From Ginglymostoma cirratum (Eukaryota), in NCBI GenBank assembly GCA_024137785.1, contig JAHRHZ010000035.1:27529787-27593786 (forward strand): 64,000 nucleotides of DNA, written 5' to 3'. Of this stretch, positions 41,601-56,600 are shown one piece after another (positions within the stretch are counted from its first letter, which is position 1; every line of letters begins with the position of its first letter). The notes beneath the pieces were generated by a model. It ran no database searches and had not been told where the DNA came from. It saw only the letters and a program-made list of their open reading frames with translations. A program made the position numbers and the translations under genes.

Positions 41601-44600
41601 TCTTCCCCAATGTTATTTTCCCAGAAAAAAAATGCATTTTTTCCACATACTGGGCCCAGTCTTCAGTAGAATCAAACGAGTCAAATAGCAGCATGATGCC
41701 AGAAATGCTTACCCCTACTCAAAGATGACTGTTGCAAGCAAAGTTTTTTCAGGGGTGTGCTTTGAACTAACTCCACAGGGGCTGGTGTCCTGTCACCAAG
41801 TCACCCTTTATTTATATGCATAAAGTCCTTGACACTAATGCAACTTCCTCAGAGCCATCTCTCGGAGTGAACCAAACCTCTGATACTCCTGTTTGTATCT
41901 ATCCACCAGGCCTTGCTGATTGGACCAGATTAACAGCCTCAATCAAGGAACTCATACTCTATGAGGTCCTCCTGACTGATCTTGTCATAATCACTACAGA
42001 GACCATGATGGCTCTCTGTGGAGTAAACCAATTAGTCCAATTCCGAAGAAGGGTCTAGGCCTGAAACGTCAGCCTTCCTGCTTCTCTGATGCTGCTTGGC
42101 CTGCTGTGTTCATCCAGCTCTACACCTTGTTATCTCTTTAGTCCAATTCCCATTCTATTTTCTAGGCTTGTAAGTTTATTTCCCTTAAATGCATTCACTT
42201 AATTTGCTTCTGAAATCATTGATCATCTCTACTTACACCACCCTGGTTAGCATATCCTGTTTATTCAATTGGAGGACCATTGAACAGACACCAGTGTTGT
42301 ACTTAAGCCAGCTCTACAAGCATTCAGGCAAAATTCCTGCAAAACAACTTCAATGGAATGGGCAATGGGTCCAGTCCATGTCAAGTCCTGGGTTTTCTAA
42401 CTCTCAGACAGTTAACGTTTTAGGGAGAATGAAGAGAAAAACTTCAAAGACATTCTGAAGCTCTCATTGAAGCATCACAGTATTGACATTAATGACTTGA
42501 AGGAACTTGATACTAGTTGTTCAGAATGGCGACAACTAGTCCTGCAACCTTGTTCACACTTTGATTTCCAATGATGAGGCCCAGTGGTGGTAGAGAAGGG
42601 AAGAAAATAAGCAAATTCTGCACTCTAGATTCCACTATTGCTTGGAATGTCCCGCTTCATTTGCCAAAGATCTATGCATTTGACTTGTTCAGACACAAGA
42701 AAACCTATGGCAGAAATTTTCAACCTTAAGTAGACATCAACCTCAAAATCAAAGGATAAAGGCAGAAAAGTATATTCTTTGACTCACTGAGTTGTACAAT
42801 TTGCTAACCATTTAAAATCAACAGATATACTATGTTAATAAAAACAAAAGACTGTTCATTCAAGCACAACTAATTCCAACTACTGATCTTCTAAAAAAAA
42901 ACAAGTTCTAATGTTATTGTTCCCCCTTTAGTCATACACAGATCATGTAACTTTAAGATTAAGTCATATTTTTGTGAAAGATATTGCAAGAATAAGATAA
43001 ATACAATTACCTGAGTTGAAAGAAATCCTCCACCATAGCGCTGTTGTTCAGTGAGCCATTTAACAATGGGATTTCCATATGTTTTATCAGTGGAATGCAA
43101 CACAGCCAGAAGAGCATATGATGTTGTTTCTACTATTCGTGCTGTTACTTCAACCCCAGAAGCTGATTTTTCGGAAATGTCTTTCCAGAATCGATGTGAT
43201 GGGGGATTTCCTGATGAATAGCAAACATTAAGCCTAATTTGCAATACTTCAAAATTATCTAAGGAAGTTATTCTCTTAATTTAAAACTTGCCCAGTTTTA
43301 CGTTATCTCTTAAAACAAAAGTAATGGATGATCTGTTTCTCAAGGTTTGCCATCTTTGGAAGATTTATTATCTATCTTTAACTTTTTTCTAATTGTTCGC
43401 AACTTTGTATTTTTAAGTATCCTTTCCTTTACTGAATGCAGAAGGTTTGTTTTATATTTATGAAGACGAGAAGTGCCAAAGAGAAACTGGAACATCTTTT
43501 AAATTCAATTGTCTAGCATCAGCACCAAGGACTCCCAGATAAAGTGCAATGGAGTTAGCTATATCAACCTCAAAACAGGCCCGTCAGTGCACCAGCATGA
43601 ATTTTTCTACTTCGATCATTATGGCCTATAACGAATGAAACTGTCAATTTCTGAGAAGTGTGAAATGGGGGAGAAAAAACACAAGTATCTCTTTCTGTTA
43701 GAGCCAAGGCAAGGCAATTACAAGGCAAGTTCAATCATTTCAAACTGTTAGCTCTGTCAATCATTTTATTTCCTCTGTTTCCACTTTTTGATTTCTCTTT
43801 TATTTTGTCCTTCTGACAGCAGTTTTTCCTTGTTTCTTTTCTTGCTCAATTACCATTCTTGCTGGTCCCATATGACTAACTGTTTTGTCAATCTGCCCTG
43901 CATTCTATACTATCATAGACCTTACTTTTGTCCAGGTTTGATTCACCCTTGCCCAAAACCGATTCCATCTCTAACTCTTCCCAATTCTGATCAAAGTCAG
44001 TGACATGAAATATTAGCTTTATGATGACAGGCACTGGCTGATCTGCTGAGTGTTTCCAGCATATACCGTTTTTATTTCAACAAGGTGTCTTCTTTGAGTT
44101 CATTTGAAGATCAGCATGTAGATTCTTAAATTCATAATAATAAAATAATTACATTTATAGGGCAGAATTTAAAGCCCTCTAGCAAAGAGTTTAATGATAG
44201 GATGGGTATTTAGTTGTGCGATAAGGAGGCAGGGTTGGGACCCTGCCTCCTTATCACCTTCACTCAATTAGGTCGAGGATATTAAGGCTCATAGATGACC
44301 TACCAATCTGGACATTAACTGAGGACAATAAGTGAGCTCAACGGCCTCATCCAGCTGCTGCCAGGACCCAGCTAATTTTAGGTGAGGGCAATACCACATG
44401 AGGAGTCCAAAAGTAGAACTCAGTTTGGTTTGTTTGGAGCATTCCTAGAGGGGTCTGGCATTCACTTTCTTACAATCCCCTTCCTACCTACCCAGTCATG
44501 ACCTGTTAATGTCTGGTTAATCACATTTTAAGTTTGTTAATATCTTTACTTAAGAGTAAAAGAGACAGGTGGTGGCTATTAATTTTTTAAGTACATAGAA

Positions 44601-47600
44601 ATAGGAAACATCTATGACATTGGGTGTGGAAGGAGTTGTATGATTGACCAAATCATAAACTTTACTCACAAAGAAAGGTATCTTTGTTTTCTATCTTAAC
44701 AACTGACTTGGATCCAGATTGACACTAGTAGCAGAGGCCAGTTTCTTAACAGTGATGAATGGAAACCCAGTGTAGTTTACAGACAGGTGATTGTAACTGG
44801 AGTAATGTTGGAGAAGAATGACTGAAATCAAGTGCAAAGCATCAGGAAATGATTTCCCAATGTTGTTTTGTGAAGCTAAACTGTATGGTCAATGGAAAAA
44901 CGAAGTACATAATCAAGTCCTTTCCAAAGAAGAACATGCTATAGCATTCACACTGTTGTTTCTAACTAGAAGCAGAATCAAGTTTAAAGTATTTGCAGAG
45001 CTACAAGTTCAAAATAGACCATGAGGAAGACGTGAATAATCTATTAAAAACTATGGTCAAATGTTAGAGAATGATGACCTATTAACAGTATATGAGATAA
45101 CAAGATGTAGTGCTGGATGAACACAGCAGGCCAAGCAGCATCATAGGAGCAGGAGAGCTTGACATTTCGGGCCTAGACCCTTCTTCAGAAATGGGGGAGG
45201 GGAAGGGGAAGGGGGTTCTGAAATAAATAGGGAGAGAGGGGGAGGCGGATAGAAGATGGATAGAGGAGAAGATAGGTGGAGAGGAGACAGACCGGTCAAA
45301 GAGGCGGGGATGGAGCCAGTAAAGGTGAGTGTAGGTGGGGAGGTAGGGAGGAGATAGGTCAGTCCAGGGAGGACAGACAGGTCAAGGGGGCGGGATGAGG
45401 CTAGTAGGTAGGAGCTGGGGGTGGGGCTTGAGGTGGGAGGAGGGGATAGGTGGGAGGAAGGACAGGTTAGGGAGGCGGGGACGAGCTGGGCTGGTTTTGG
45501 GATGTGGTAGGGGGATTTTGAAGCTTGTGAAGTCCACATTGATACCATTGGGCTGCAGGGTTCCCAAGCGGAATATGAATTGCTGTTCCTGCTTGGTCAG
45601 ATTTTGATAAATTTAGAAAGCAGGATAGATATTCACCAGGGGAACATGGAATGGAATTTAACGGACCATATACAAGACTGCAAAAAATTATATTTGGAGA
45701 TTCTTAATTCAGCACTTGCCATTAAATTGTTGGACTTTGCTAAGAGTTTGAACACAAATAGACTCTTGGTATTAACTGGAGTTAGATTTTCAGAAAAAAA
45801 CACATATTGAGCAAATTTTAAAAGCCCCTGGGAAAACATTCATTGAGCCTTCACGTGTCAAATGTGATATTCAGCAATAACACACAGAGTGAAGGATCCA
45901 ATAGTAAAAGCAATGCAAAGTCTACTCAAAAGGTCAAAAGTAGCAATATGAAGGAGAACCAAAAGTAAAGGGAATAAGGATAGGGATATCTCAGCCAATT
46001 ATAGCAAATGACAAGAATTGGGGAATGATAACAGAAGAATAAATCCCAAGAATGGCTGAGGAAAAGTCAACAGGTGTTGGAAATGATTTGAAGTGCCATT
46101 ATGCAATTAATTGCTGTAAACTGAGCAACAATGTATTCAAAATTATGCATGAAACAAAAGATTTGGAAGAAGAATATGGTGATACTGATCAGCCAGAAGG
46201 AATTACTAGTGATAGTATTAGTTACAAGAAGATTCAACCCAGTAATGATGATTGTTTTAGTTTCCAACTCAATGAATTGTGCTGTTGGACAGTGAATGCA
46301 TTAGCACAATGTATAGAGTGAATAGGTTAAAATTATATCTGGATTCTTTAAGTAGTCAGAACCACAATGAAGAAATTCGAGAGTTCTGCTTCAGGTTTGG
46401 GGATGACGATGTGCTGAAATCACTAAAAGGATTAGTGATCCCCTATAAATACCTGGCGTAAACCACTTTATCAGCACAGATGTAGTCTCAAGTGAAATAT
46501 TCATTCTGTTGAACAGGCCATCTATGCAGCATGTCCAAATAAAACTAGATATGAACACGACAAGTCAACTGTTTCTGGGAAGAGAGTTGATTTACAGTTT
46601 ACACAGTCAGGTCATTATTGTATATTTTCTAATCAAACTGTTCAGATGCTATCACATAACTCTGGGAGAGGTGGTAATTAAACCTGGGCCTCCTGATCCA
46701 GAGGTAGGGACAAACTTCTCTAACAGAAATATTAAGCAAGTGTTATTGGCATCAGGTGATGGAAACTTAAAGGAAGTATGGCTAATTATCTTGAAACAAC
46801 ATCAGCAGTTTGCCCATCTGTCTTCTCATAGGTTAAAAATCTTAATAAAGGATGCAGGAGTGAGGACTAATGTGTACACTAAACTTTCAGGAGAGAGCAG
46901 CAATAAATTTGAAGACATAATATAGGTGCAATGATACAACTTTTGAGGGAAGTACAGCAGCAGAGAGACCTCAGGGTACACGTACAAAATTCTCTGAAGA
47001 TGGCGAGGTACGTTGAAACAATTGTTGAAAAGGCTTATAGGATCCTTGGGTTTATAAATAGAGACTTAAGAGTATAAAAGCAAAGAAATGATACCATACC
47101 CTATAAATCTTGGGTGTACTACGTTTGAAGTATTGTGTCCCTGTTCTGGGCTCCTTAATAAAGGCAGGATGTTAAACCCCTTGGAGAGTGCAAAGGAGAT
47201 TTACTAGAATGATAGCAAAAATAGGGGATTTTAGATACAAAGAAAGATTAGAGAGATTGGGCTAATTCTCCTTGCAGCAGAGAAGATTAAGAGGTGTTCA
47301 AAATTATGAACAATTTTAATAGGATAAAGAAGGATAGTTTCCACCAGTTACTATGTAACTAGGAACCAGTAACTCGGGTTCACAATTTCAACATCGTCAG
47401 CAAGACAGTTTAGAGTGGGATGAGGCGAAACTTTACTCAGAGTCGTTAGGATTTGGAATGCACTGCCTGGGAAAATGGGAGGTGGATTCCATATGAGGCT
47501 TTAAAAGAGAGCTGGATATATATTTGAGGGCTATGTAAATAGAGTTAGAGAATGGGACCAGCTGGGTAGCTCTTTTGGAAGCCAGTGCATATATGATGGG

Positions 47601-50600
47601 TCAAATGACCTTCTTCTGTACTATAAAATCCTATGATGATTGGAACTGGGCTACTGTGTTAGAGAACTGAAGTGACATTCTAATCAGCTCCTTGTAGCAC
47701 CCAAACTCCTCACACATAACATTGGCTCACAAAATGCATTGTGAAGCCAAGCTTTGTGTGTAAGGATAAAAATCATAGGCAAAGTCACATATGGATGAAG
47801 TATGCATTTCATTAAGGCACAATTGTGCAGTTCAGGTTTTGTTCAGTTCAGACAAAGATCCAGCCTAGAACTGTGCATATGTGCTAGTGCCTTGAGCTTG
47901 CTTTACCATTTAATAAAATCCATACTGTTGCATACCCCTGGACCTTGCTTATTAAGCATAAATTTTCCTTAAAAATATTCAAAAATTCTGCTTTCACTGC
48001 CTTTTTGGGAAGAATATTCCAAAGACTCTCTTCCACCTATGAGAAACAGTTTTACCCCATCTCAGTTCTAAATGGATGATGCCTTATTTTTAAATAACAA
48101 TCCCTAGTTCTAGATTCTCCCGTAAGAGGAAACATCATCTCTACATCTACCCTCTCAACACTTCAGGATCTCTCATGTTTCAATCAAGTTACCTAAACTC
48201 CAAGGGATACAAGCCTTACCTGAGCAAACTCTCCTCATGACACATTCAGGTATTAGTCAGGTAAACCTTCTCTTAGCCACCTATTACCCAATTATACCTT
48301 TGCTTAAGTAAGGTGACTAATAAGGGGTACAGTAACTACTCCAGATGTGGTTTTACCAGTGCCCTGTATAACTGAAACAACTTTCCTATGCTTGTATTCA
48401 ATTCCACTTGCAATATGCAATAACATTTGATTTAGCTGTTTGAATTATTTACTATACTTGTATACTAATATTTTTCAATTCATGCACTAGGTCATCCAGA
48501 TCCCTCTGTATTCAGAGTTCTAAAATCTCTCAGCATTTAGATCATATGCTTTTTTCTATTTTCATATTAAAATGGACTATTTCACATTTTGTCACATTGT
48601 ACTCCATTTGTCAGATCTTTGCCCATTCACCTAAATTATTTTATGTTCTTTTTTGTAGCCGCTTTATGTCATTCCACAACTTAATTTCCTAAATATCTTT
48701 ATCTTATTACCTATTTTTATACACAGTACTCCAAGTGTTGTCTCAACAAAGCTTACTTGATCTCCTTGCTTTCGATTCCTGCATCTAGAAATGAACATCC
48801 CTGCTAGTTTCCTTTCTTTTCTGAGTTTATTCATCTGATTCTTTACATTTTTATCTGCACCCTTGATTCTCTTTGCTCCTCTATTCCATTTAGACCAGTA
48901 CTATACAAGCAGGAGGTAAATTCTTTATTTTTTCAATTAAAATGCATTACCTCATAGTTATCTACTCTGAAATTGATTTGCCATTAAATCCCCATTCTGC
49001 AAGTTTATTGATAACATGTCATTTTATCACAAGTTTCCTTTTTATTAATGACAATCCCACAGTGCGTCATCCATAAATGTGGTAATTGAACTTCCAATTC
49101 CCAAATCCAAATTATTAACAAAAATTGTAAATAACAGTAATCCCAGTACCAACCCTTGAAACTTGAAGTCCAACTTCTTGAAATTCTGTGTTCTGCCCTT
49201 AACCCCTACTCTGTTTTCAGTTTTGTAAACAATGTAGTACTTCTTTAATCATTAGGCAAAGAGCTTGAGTTCTTGCTGAATTATTTGACAGAGACATTAC
49301 CCTTTACAGAAGCCTCGTACTTCAGCTTTTCCAAGGCTCGATAAGCAAAGCGAGAATTTTGGTTTCTCAATGCCAGTGCATAAGCAGTCATTGCTAAAAC
49401 AAGTGTGCTCTTCACATTCTCCAAATGGTGCGACAAATACTCATCAGCTTTAAGTATAGATTTTCTAACTGTCTAAAATAAACCAGATGAATATATTTAA
49501 GAATATAAAAAAAGAGAAAACTGGTTATTTAGTCAACAAATTTTGTTTTCTAGTATCTTGACTCACAGCCTAATACATTTAATTTTTTGATGTCTTTCAC
49601 TATTGCCTTACTTGGTGGCTCAGTGAAAACATTAAAAATTGTTGTAATAAAGGCAGCACCTGCTGACAATACTCAAGATCAGGAAACATCTGTGGAGATG
49701 ATAGATTATCAACCTGAAATGCTAGCCAGGATTTTCAGTAGTGATGATAGTGAAACATTATTTCCCTACTGCTGAAGTCCAGTTGTGTGCAGTTAAATGT
49801 AGAAATCCAAATGTTAGCAGTGCTCCTGTTTCAGACTGCTCTGTTGAAATCCTTTCATATCACATATCTTTAGAAATCACTGAACTGGTGAACTTTTACA
49901 TTGTAATATCACTGGTAAACACCCTTGAAAACGACTCATTAATAAGGCGTTACTGATTTTGTTATGGAGTGTTAAATCATGACAAGTATTGGACAATCTT
50001 TATTGTCATGGTAAACCAACTTTATAATCTTAAATGTCTAATTGTTTCATTTTGAGAGAAATCTATATGCTTTAATACAATTATTTTTATATTTGATTTG
50101 ATATTTCTGCATCAGATGTGCATGCTACAGTCTTCTTTCCACTGTTTCTAAAATTTATTTTAAAAATGGGATAATCACAACATTTTATTTTCTGGCTTTT
50201 TCACTCTTAGAATTCTTCAATATTATTGGCAGCTTACCCTGTATGACATCACTGCAACTGGATACCTGGAAATCCCTTTTACTTGGTGCCAGATTCAAAT
50301 TAATGTCAACGATATCAACACCACAGAAATCATTAGCTTTTTTGTGGGCACTTTTCTCCTCAGTTAATTGTGAACACTATTGTTTCATTGCTAACTGCTG
50401 GTATCAATTTTCAGGGAAATACAATCAGTATTACAGAGATGTGTACATCAATTCACTGAATAATGTGCAATAATATCTTGGATTTAATTATCATGAAAAT
50501 CAAGAGAACCTAATAGTATATTATACTGACATCATTTCATTCATTTTTCTTTGCTCACCTCGGTTTCACATGTGTAAAAAGCCTTTTGAATGGCAATACT

Positions 50601-53600
50601 TGTAAATGCTGTCAAATACATTGTTCTTTCCTTAGTTTCATCCTTTATAACCTGTAATAAAATGTCAGAAGGTATTTAGCATGTAAGAAACAAACGTAAT
50701 GTGTCAATATTTGAATAATAATGTTACCACATAATATCTATTCTTGTTAGACTGGTGTTCAAACTGTTTCTAGTAGGATTAATTAGTTTCTTTTTTCCTA
50801 TGCCCTGACTCTTAAAAAAAAATCCAGGATTAAATATTGCTTGCTGGTGAGTGTTTTCTGCACAACCCTAATTGCCCTTAAGAATGTGGTTCTCCATTTA
50901 TAAATTTCATTCTATAATTAAATGCAGTTTCAATCCTTCAGGTGGTCAAAGTAATGAATAAATTTCTAATGGCCTTAGATTTAATTATTGTCTATCAGTA
51001 GATTTTTAAAATTAATTTACTTTTAGGTAATTTTCTCTACTATGTTACTCCATCTCATGAAGTAGGTGTGAATCTTGCTGCAGTTCCATGTACGTTACCA
51101 GCTCTTCACAACCTCCAAAGAGGCAATTTTTGTATGCATGCATATAATATTAACAGAGCTACGGATAAGAGCCAAGTCTCATCCTATTTTCATTTGAGAC
51201 ATATCCACAATACAGCAAGTGTAACAGAAATAGATTTCTGAAGTTACAATAGACTGTCTCTTCTTAAAAAAAAAACTAAACCACAGCCTGCAAACTACAT
51301 ATTTATTAAGACTGAGCACAACATCAATAGAATCAAACCCAAATATCATCTCCTGGCAAGTGAAGTCAACTTCCATGATTTTTCATAAAGATGCTTGAGT
51401 TGTAATGGGGTGGGATTTTCTTGCCCCTGTCCCTTATTTGGCTAATTTTTATGGAATTAAATCTGCAGCCTTCTAATTGTACAGTACAGTATATTGAATA
51501 TTGCATTTCTTACAAGGCCATTCAGTACAGCAATGCTGTTAGATACTGTCAGATATGTTGCTGAAGCTTCATGTTTTGCAAGCATCAGACAAAATACAAG
51601 GATATTTCTTTAGAGATAGTAGGAACTGTAGATGCTGGAAAATCTGAGATAACAAGGTGTAGAGCTGGATGAACACAGCAGGCCAAGCAGCGTCAGAGGA
51701 GCAAGAAGGCTGACATTTCAGGCCCAGACCCTTCTTCAGAAATGGGGGAGGGGAAGGGGGTTCTGAAATAAATAGGGAGAGGGGGGAGGCAGATAGAAGA
51801 TGGATAGAGGAGAAGATAGGCGAAGAGGAGACAGACAGGTCAAAGAGGCGGGGATGGAGCCAGTAAAAGTGAGTGTAATTGGTGGGTCAGGGAGAAGATA
51901 GGTCAGTCCAGGGAGGACAGACAGGTCAAGAGGGCGGGAAGAGGTTAGTAGGTAGGAGATGTGGGTAGGGCTTGAGGTGGGAGGAGGGGATAGGTTAGGG
52001 AGGCTGGGAGAAGCTGGGCTGGTTTTGGGATGTGGTAGGGGGAGGGGAGATTTTGAAGCTTGTGAAGTCCACATTGACACTATTAGGCTACAGGGTTCCC
52101 AAGTGGAATATGAGGTGCTGTTCCTGCAACCTTCGGGTGGCATCGTTGTGGCACTGCGGGAGTATAGGATATTTCTTTAGTTGGTCATAACTGGAAAAGT
52201 ACACACTGCATTCAACCACCCTCGTATAACCCAAAACAAAATGTCTCCTGTTAGATGTGATTCTGCAATTGAACATGACTTGGTCAAGAATCCTGAATAT
52301 CCTAATAGGGGCACTAACAATCAATTTAAGAGAATCAGTCAAGCATGTAGTGTGGCTCATTTACGCTTGCTAGAAGACAACTATATTTACATGCAGGGAC
52401 TGTTCTCTGCAACCAGAAGGAATATAGGAACAGAAAGGTGGCATGGTAGATCAGTGGTTAGCACTGCTGCCTCACAGTGCCAGGGACCTGGGTTTGATTC
52501 CAACTCTAAGTGACTGTTTGTATGGAATTTGCACATTCTCCCAGTGTCTGCGTGGGTTTCCACCAGGTGCTTTGGTTTCCTCCCACAGTCCAAAGATGTG
52601 TAGGTTAGGTGGGTTAGCCATGCTAAATTGTCCCATAGTGTTCAGGGATGTGCAGGATAGTTGGGTTAGCCATGGGAAATGCAGGGTTATGGGGATAGGG
52701 AGGGGGTGATGGGGTTTGCTCTTTGGAGGGTTGGTGCAGACTCGATGGGCCAAATGAACTTTCCACACTGTATTATACGATTCTATATGTTCATGCTTTG
52801 TGCCCTTTTTAAATTAGCTGAGAATCTGCGGTCCTGTTGCTTTCTCCCTGGCACTGGCCAAACAGTGTGAACTTACAATTAGCACCTTATTCTTTCAAAA
52901 TATAAATTGTTGTGATAGTCTGTTTGAAACTTGGTATTCTTGCATTTATCGTAATGAGTGCCAGATAAAACATTTCCATAAGTCTCTCTCTTAAGTAATA
53001 TTCAACTATTCAATATTGTACTATCAAGCGGCGGTTAATATTTTTGGACTTTAACAACTGCAACACAGATTTCAAAGTTAAAATACTTCGATGATCATGT
53101 TATTCCCTTTAGAGTATTTAAAATTCAAATAAAATCAGTTTTATAATGTTACTGATATTAAAAACTGCTGCAGATAATGAGTGAAATTTCAACTTCAAAT
53201 AGTTCAGAAACAGCCTCGAGATACATAAACTAACCTGAAATCGCGAAGGCACGTAATTGGAGAGCTCTTGAAATGATCCATCAGAGTTCTGACAATTAGA
53301 GATAAGCCAAGTAATTGTACTGCACATTGCTTGTTCATCCATCGTTAGGTAGTCATTGACTTGTGCAAACACCCTCAGTACAAAGGCTGTTAGCCTGGAA
53401 AAGAGGTAACATGCACTGTTATTTTTCTTTCGGTGAAAGCAAAATACAAATATTTCATCCCTTCCTTGCAGAGCCCAGAAAGATACAAAACAATCCTATC
53501 ACAACATAGTACTAATGGGATTCCTTTCCTATTAACTATTATTTGGGATTCATTCACATTATCTACATTGTAGTCTTGAAGTGAAATTGCCCATTAAAAA

Positions 53601-56600
53601 AGTAGGATACAAGTTACCACTTAAATTATTTATTAAGTTTGAAATAATGTTAGAAACAATGCAATCTACATCACAGGAAGAGGCCCTTTGATCCATCCTG
53701 CCAGTACTGGCTCTTTGAAAAATGAGGGAAGGGAACAAGAATTCCAGTTCTCTTCATCCCTATCCATAACCTGTAACCCATTTTTTTAAACCACCTCTAC
53801 CAACAATTTGTGGATATGGACACCAAAGTATCAATACACATCTAAAATCATACAATTGTCATCATACAATTTATAAAATACTTCCATTTAATATTAGTCC
53901 TCCAAAAAGGCATCACTTCATACTTTTCCACATTGAACTCCAACTGCCAAGCTAATGCACAATTCACTACATGGAAGTCTACAAGTACATTGATCACAAA
54001 TTATTACATCGCCTAGTTTGTATCTCCTGTGAACTGTATATTGCTGTTTGCTACATCCAGATTCTGTCTTTTTTGTAAGCATTGAAGAATAATGGAACCA
54101 GAACTTACCCTTGGGAAGTTTCCAGGGTGAAAAACATTTATCCTGCTTCTGATTACTGAACCAATTCCATACCCATATTGTATCAGAGATAATAGGAACT
54201 GCAGATGTTGGAGAATCCGAGATAACAAGGTGTGGAGCTGGATGAACACAGCAGGCCGAGCAGCATCATATGCCTGCTGTGTTCATCCAGCTCCACGCTT
54301 TGTTATCTCCATACCCATACTGTTATTTTCTCCTCTATGACATATTATCATATGTCTTAAAGAATAACAAGCATAGATTCTGGTGTGATGCAATGCTTGT
54401 ACACTGATGAGTTCACTGTTTCATGATTAAGCTCATCAACATTCCACACAGAATACAATCTGCATTAATGCAATTAGCATTATTGCATTAAGCCATTGCC
54501 CCAGTTCATAACAGTAGAGGAAAATGCCAACAGAAAATATAAAACTAAAATGCCTTTACATATAATAAAGCAAAATACCGCAGGTGCTGGAAATCTAAAT
54601 AAGAACAAACACTGATTGAAATAATCAGTAGTTAAGCAGCATCTGACTAAAATGCCATTGACCTAAAACACTAACTCTGCCTCCCTCTGCATGAGCTGCT
54701 AAGTATTTCAAGCATTTTCTGTTTTTACATGCTTTCATTTATCACAGATTATCCCATCCATCCTTTATCATGAATGTTTTTTACCCAGGTGTTTTATATT
54801 GGTTCCCATTTCAGTTTCTCCTTTTTTGTTTACACCACAGTTCATTAATTTTCTTCAGTTCCTTTATCTTTTGGTTTTACAATACAGTTTTACTACCATC
54901 TTGCCAAAATGTTAATAATTGCTCAGTCCTAACAGCAGAGTGGAACACAACTACAAAGACAGTGTGATATGTATGTATCAATGGATATTGTGAAATTAAT
55001 CACTTACCTACACAGCTCTTAAAGAATCAAAATTTAAAACAGTTTTTAATATATCACAGCAACCTCTTCTGAAATTAGTATGCTACACAACTTCACTATG
55101 CTACCCAGGGTGAGCATCAGACAATAAAATCCTTAGCTTCTCTCAGATGAAACTCCAAGTCTGCATATTTCATGATCTTAATATCTTATACAGATGACAT
55201 TTATGCCACAATAATTTTACATCTATGTTGTTTTGTTCACAATTTTATTTTCTTATTATTGGTTTTTATGATGTAAACCACCAACTGATAACCTTAATTT
55301 TGACTAGATATTTTTCCACGACAAAACTTTAAAAGCTGAATAACTTTTGTAAAATAGAATTACTGTTGTTCACAAAAACTATTCTCAGAATTGAATATTC
55401 AGATAACTAGACACACTGGAATAAATTGATGTGCACTATTTAACTGAAAGTGAAAGGAATATTCTTGGACAATAACAATATCATAAACTATGATATGTGT
55501 TTTTAGTTTTATCAGACTCATTATGTTTTATCAAACAATAATTAAATTTTATCCTGACAATTAGTATGATTAAAACACCAATTCGCCCTTTTGGGAAAAT
55601 CAGGTGTTTTCCTCAGCACAACTTACCAGGTACTGCCTTCTCGATCCTTCCACATACTATACGAATAGACATTTTTAGTCCGGAAGGACATAATACTTGT
55701 AATGCCTATACAAAGTCAAAAGTTAGATTTTAACAGCTGTCCAACAAAAAAAAGTGCTCTATTATTCATGTGAACATTACATTCTTGGGCAGAGACTAAT
55801 GAACCCACGCCCTTAAAGGCAGCAGAAGCCAGTTCTCGACACCTTCTGGAAATGCTGCAGTACCTGTGGTGTAGTTACACATACACTGAATTTATCCCAA
55901 GTATGGACAGATTTTCTAATGAGGAGAAGTTGTGTAGGTTGGGCCTGTACTCACTGGACTTGAAAAGAATGAGGGAAACATATAATATTCTTTTGGGGCC
56001 TTGACAGAGTAGTTGCTGAGAAGTTAATTCCTTTTGTGGGAAGGCCTAGGATCAGAAGGCATAATCTGAGTAAGGGGTTGCTCAGTTAAGACAGAGGTGA
56101 GGAGAAATTTCTTCTAGGGTAGAGAATCTGTGGAATTCTTTATCACCGAGACTGTTGAGGCTGGGTTGTTAAGTACATTCAAGGCCAAGATAGACTTTTA
56201 GTCAGTAAGGGAATCAAGGGCTATGAGGTAAAGGCAGGAAATTAGTATTGAGGATTATAAGATCAGTCATGATTTCATTGAGTGGCACAGCAGATTCGAT
56301 GGGCCAATGGCCTACTTCTGTCCCTGCTTTTGATGGTTTTTTCTGAGATAAGGATGAATGAAGACCACAAATAACTGAAATTTGTACTGTATTAGCCCAC
56401 AACATCCAAATAGAAGACATTCTATTCTTACATCTGTCTCAATTTCGTGTGAACTTTTAGTAGATAATCATTGACAATCCCAAGTGCATATTTTCGTCTG
56501 CTACAAGTATCAAATATATCTCGTATTAAACTTCTTTAGATATTTTCTCTGAGTGCTCTACACGTGCAAATTATCACTGCTGTTGAGTTGCTTGCTCACA

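Noticed and set aside
52436-52505. tRNA-like sequences with A and B boxes (also 22384, 25110-25185, 58680-58752)
   Set aside because: These are SINE heads that run straight into SINE bodies and do not form complete cloverleaves, so they are not tRNA genes.
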